This document shows positions 63,761 to 64,000 of a stretch of 64,000 bases of DNA, in pieces. The stretch covers positions 6,870,275 through 6,934,274 of the forward strand of contig NC_134032.1 of assembly GCF_964204645.1 (NCBI RefSeq). The letters are read 5' to 3'. Numbering within the stretch: the stretch's first letter is position 1; each line of letters begins with the position of its first letter. The DNA comes from Tubulanus polymorphus. Lineage: Eukaryota; Animalia; Nemertea. The translations under genes and the position numbers were made by a program. The notes beneath the pieces are model-generated. The model searched no databases. It saw only the letters and a program-made list of their open reading frames with translations, and was not told the DNA's origin.

Positions 63761-64000
63761 AGACTAGAGGGGAAACATTTACCTATGGAGCAGTTTTCAC
63801 TGTTGTTAATCAAAATCTACCAATTATTGCAAGATTAAACTTATTGAAATATATAAAATCGTCTTAATTGTCAAAATTACTAGGACAAAATCAAAATCTA
63901 TTAATTATTGTTATATAAAACTAGAAGAAACATTAACATACCTTCTTACTAGGACAAAATCGAAATCTTATCAATTACATTCTACGCCAGCAGGGATTCG

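Overview
AT-rich eukaryotic (probably invertebrate animal) DNA made almost entirely of nested mobile elements, with no intact host gene recognisable. From left to right: (1) a decayed Polinton/Maverick (protein-primed PolB, a small ORF and a minor-capsid-like gene) whose capsid gene is split by a DIRS tyrosine-recombinase retrotransposon lacking RNase H/methylase; (2) a decayed OTU-Rep-PIF1 Helitron; (3) a piggyBac with an intact transposase; (4) a 6-kb fold-back-like block in which inverted arrays of a ~70-bp core enclose a G2E3-like HECT remnant and a 61-bp satellite; (5) a tandem array of non-autonomous Helitron-like units split by a 24.6-kb multi-level nest, which holds a CACTG/TA EnSpm-like element and two divergent CACTA elements; (6) a 5'-truncated CR1-group LINE; (7) several MITEs; (8) an intronless TatD-like pseudogene. 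The most notable signals are a 7-exon, ~160-aa accessory gene conserved exon by exon in both CACTA elements (almost invisible in the ORF track), an apparently complete CACTA element with a 3-bp TSD, and an intact minimal hammerhead ribozyme of Penelope type. All calls come from reading the sequence by eye; no searches were run.
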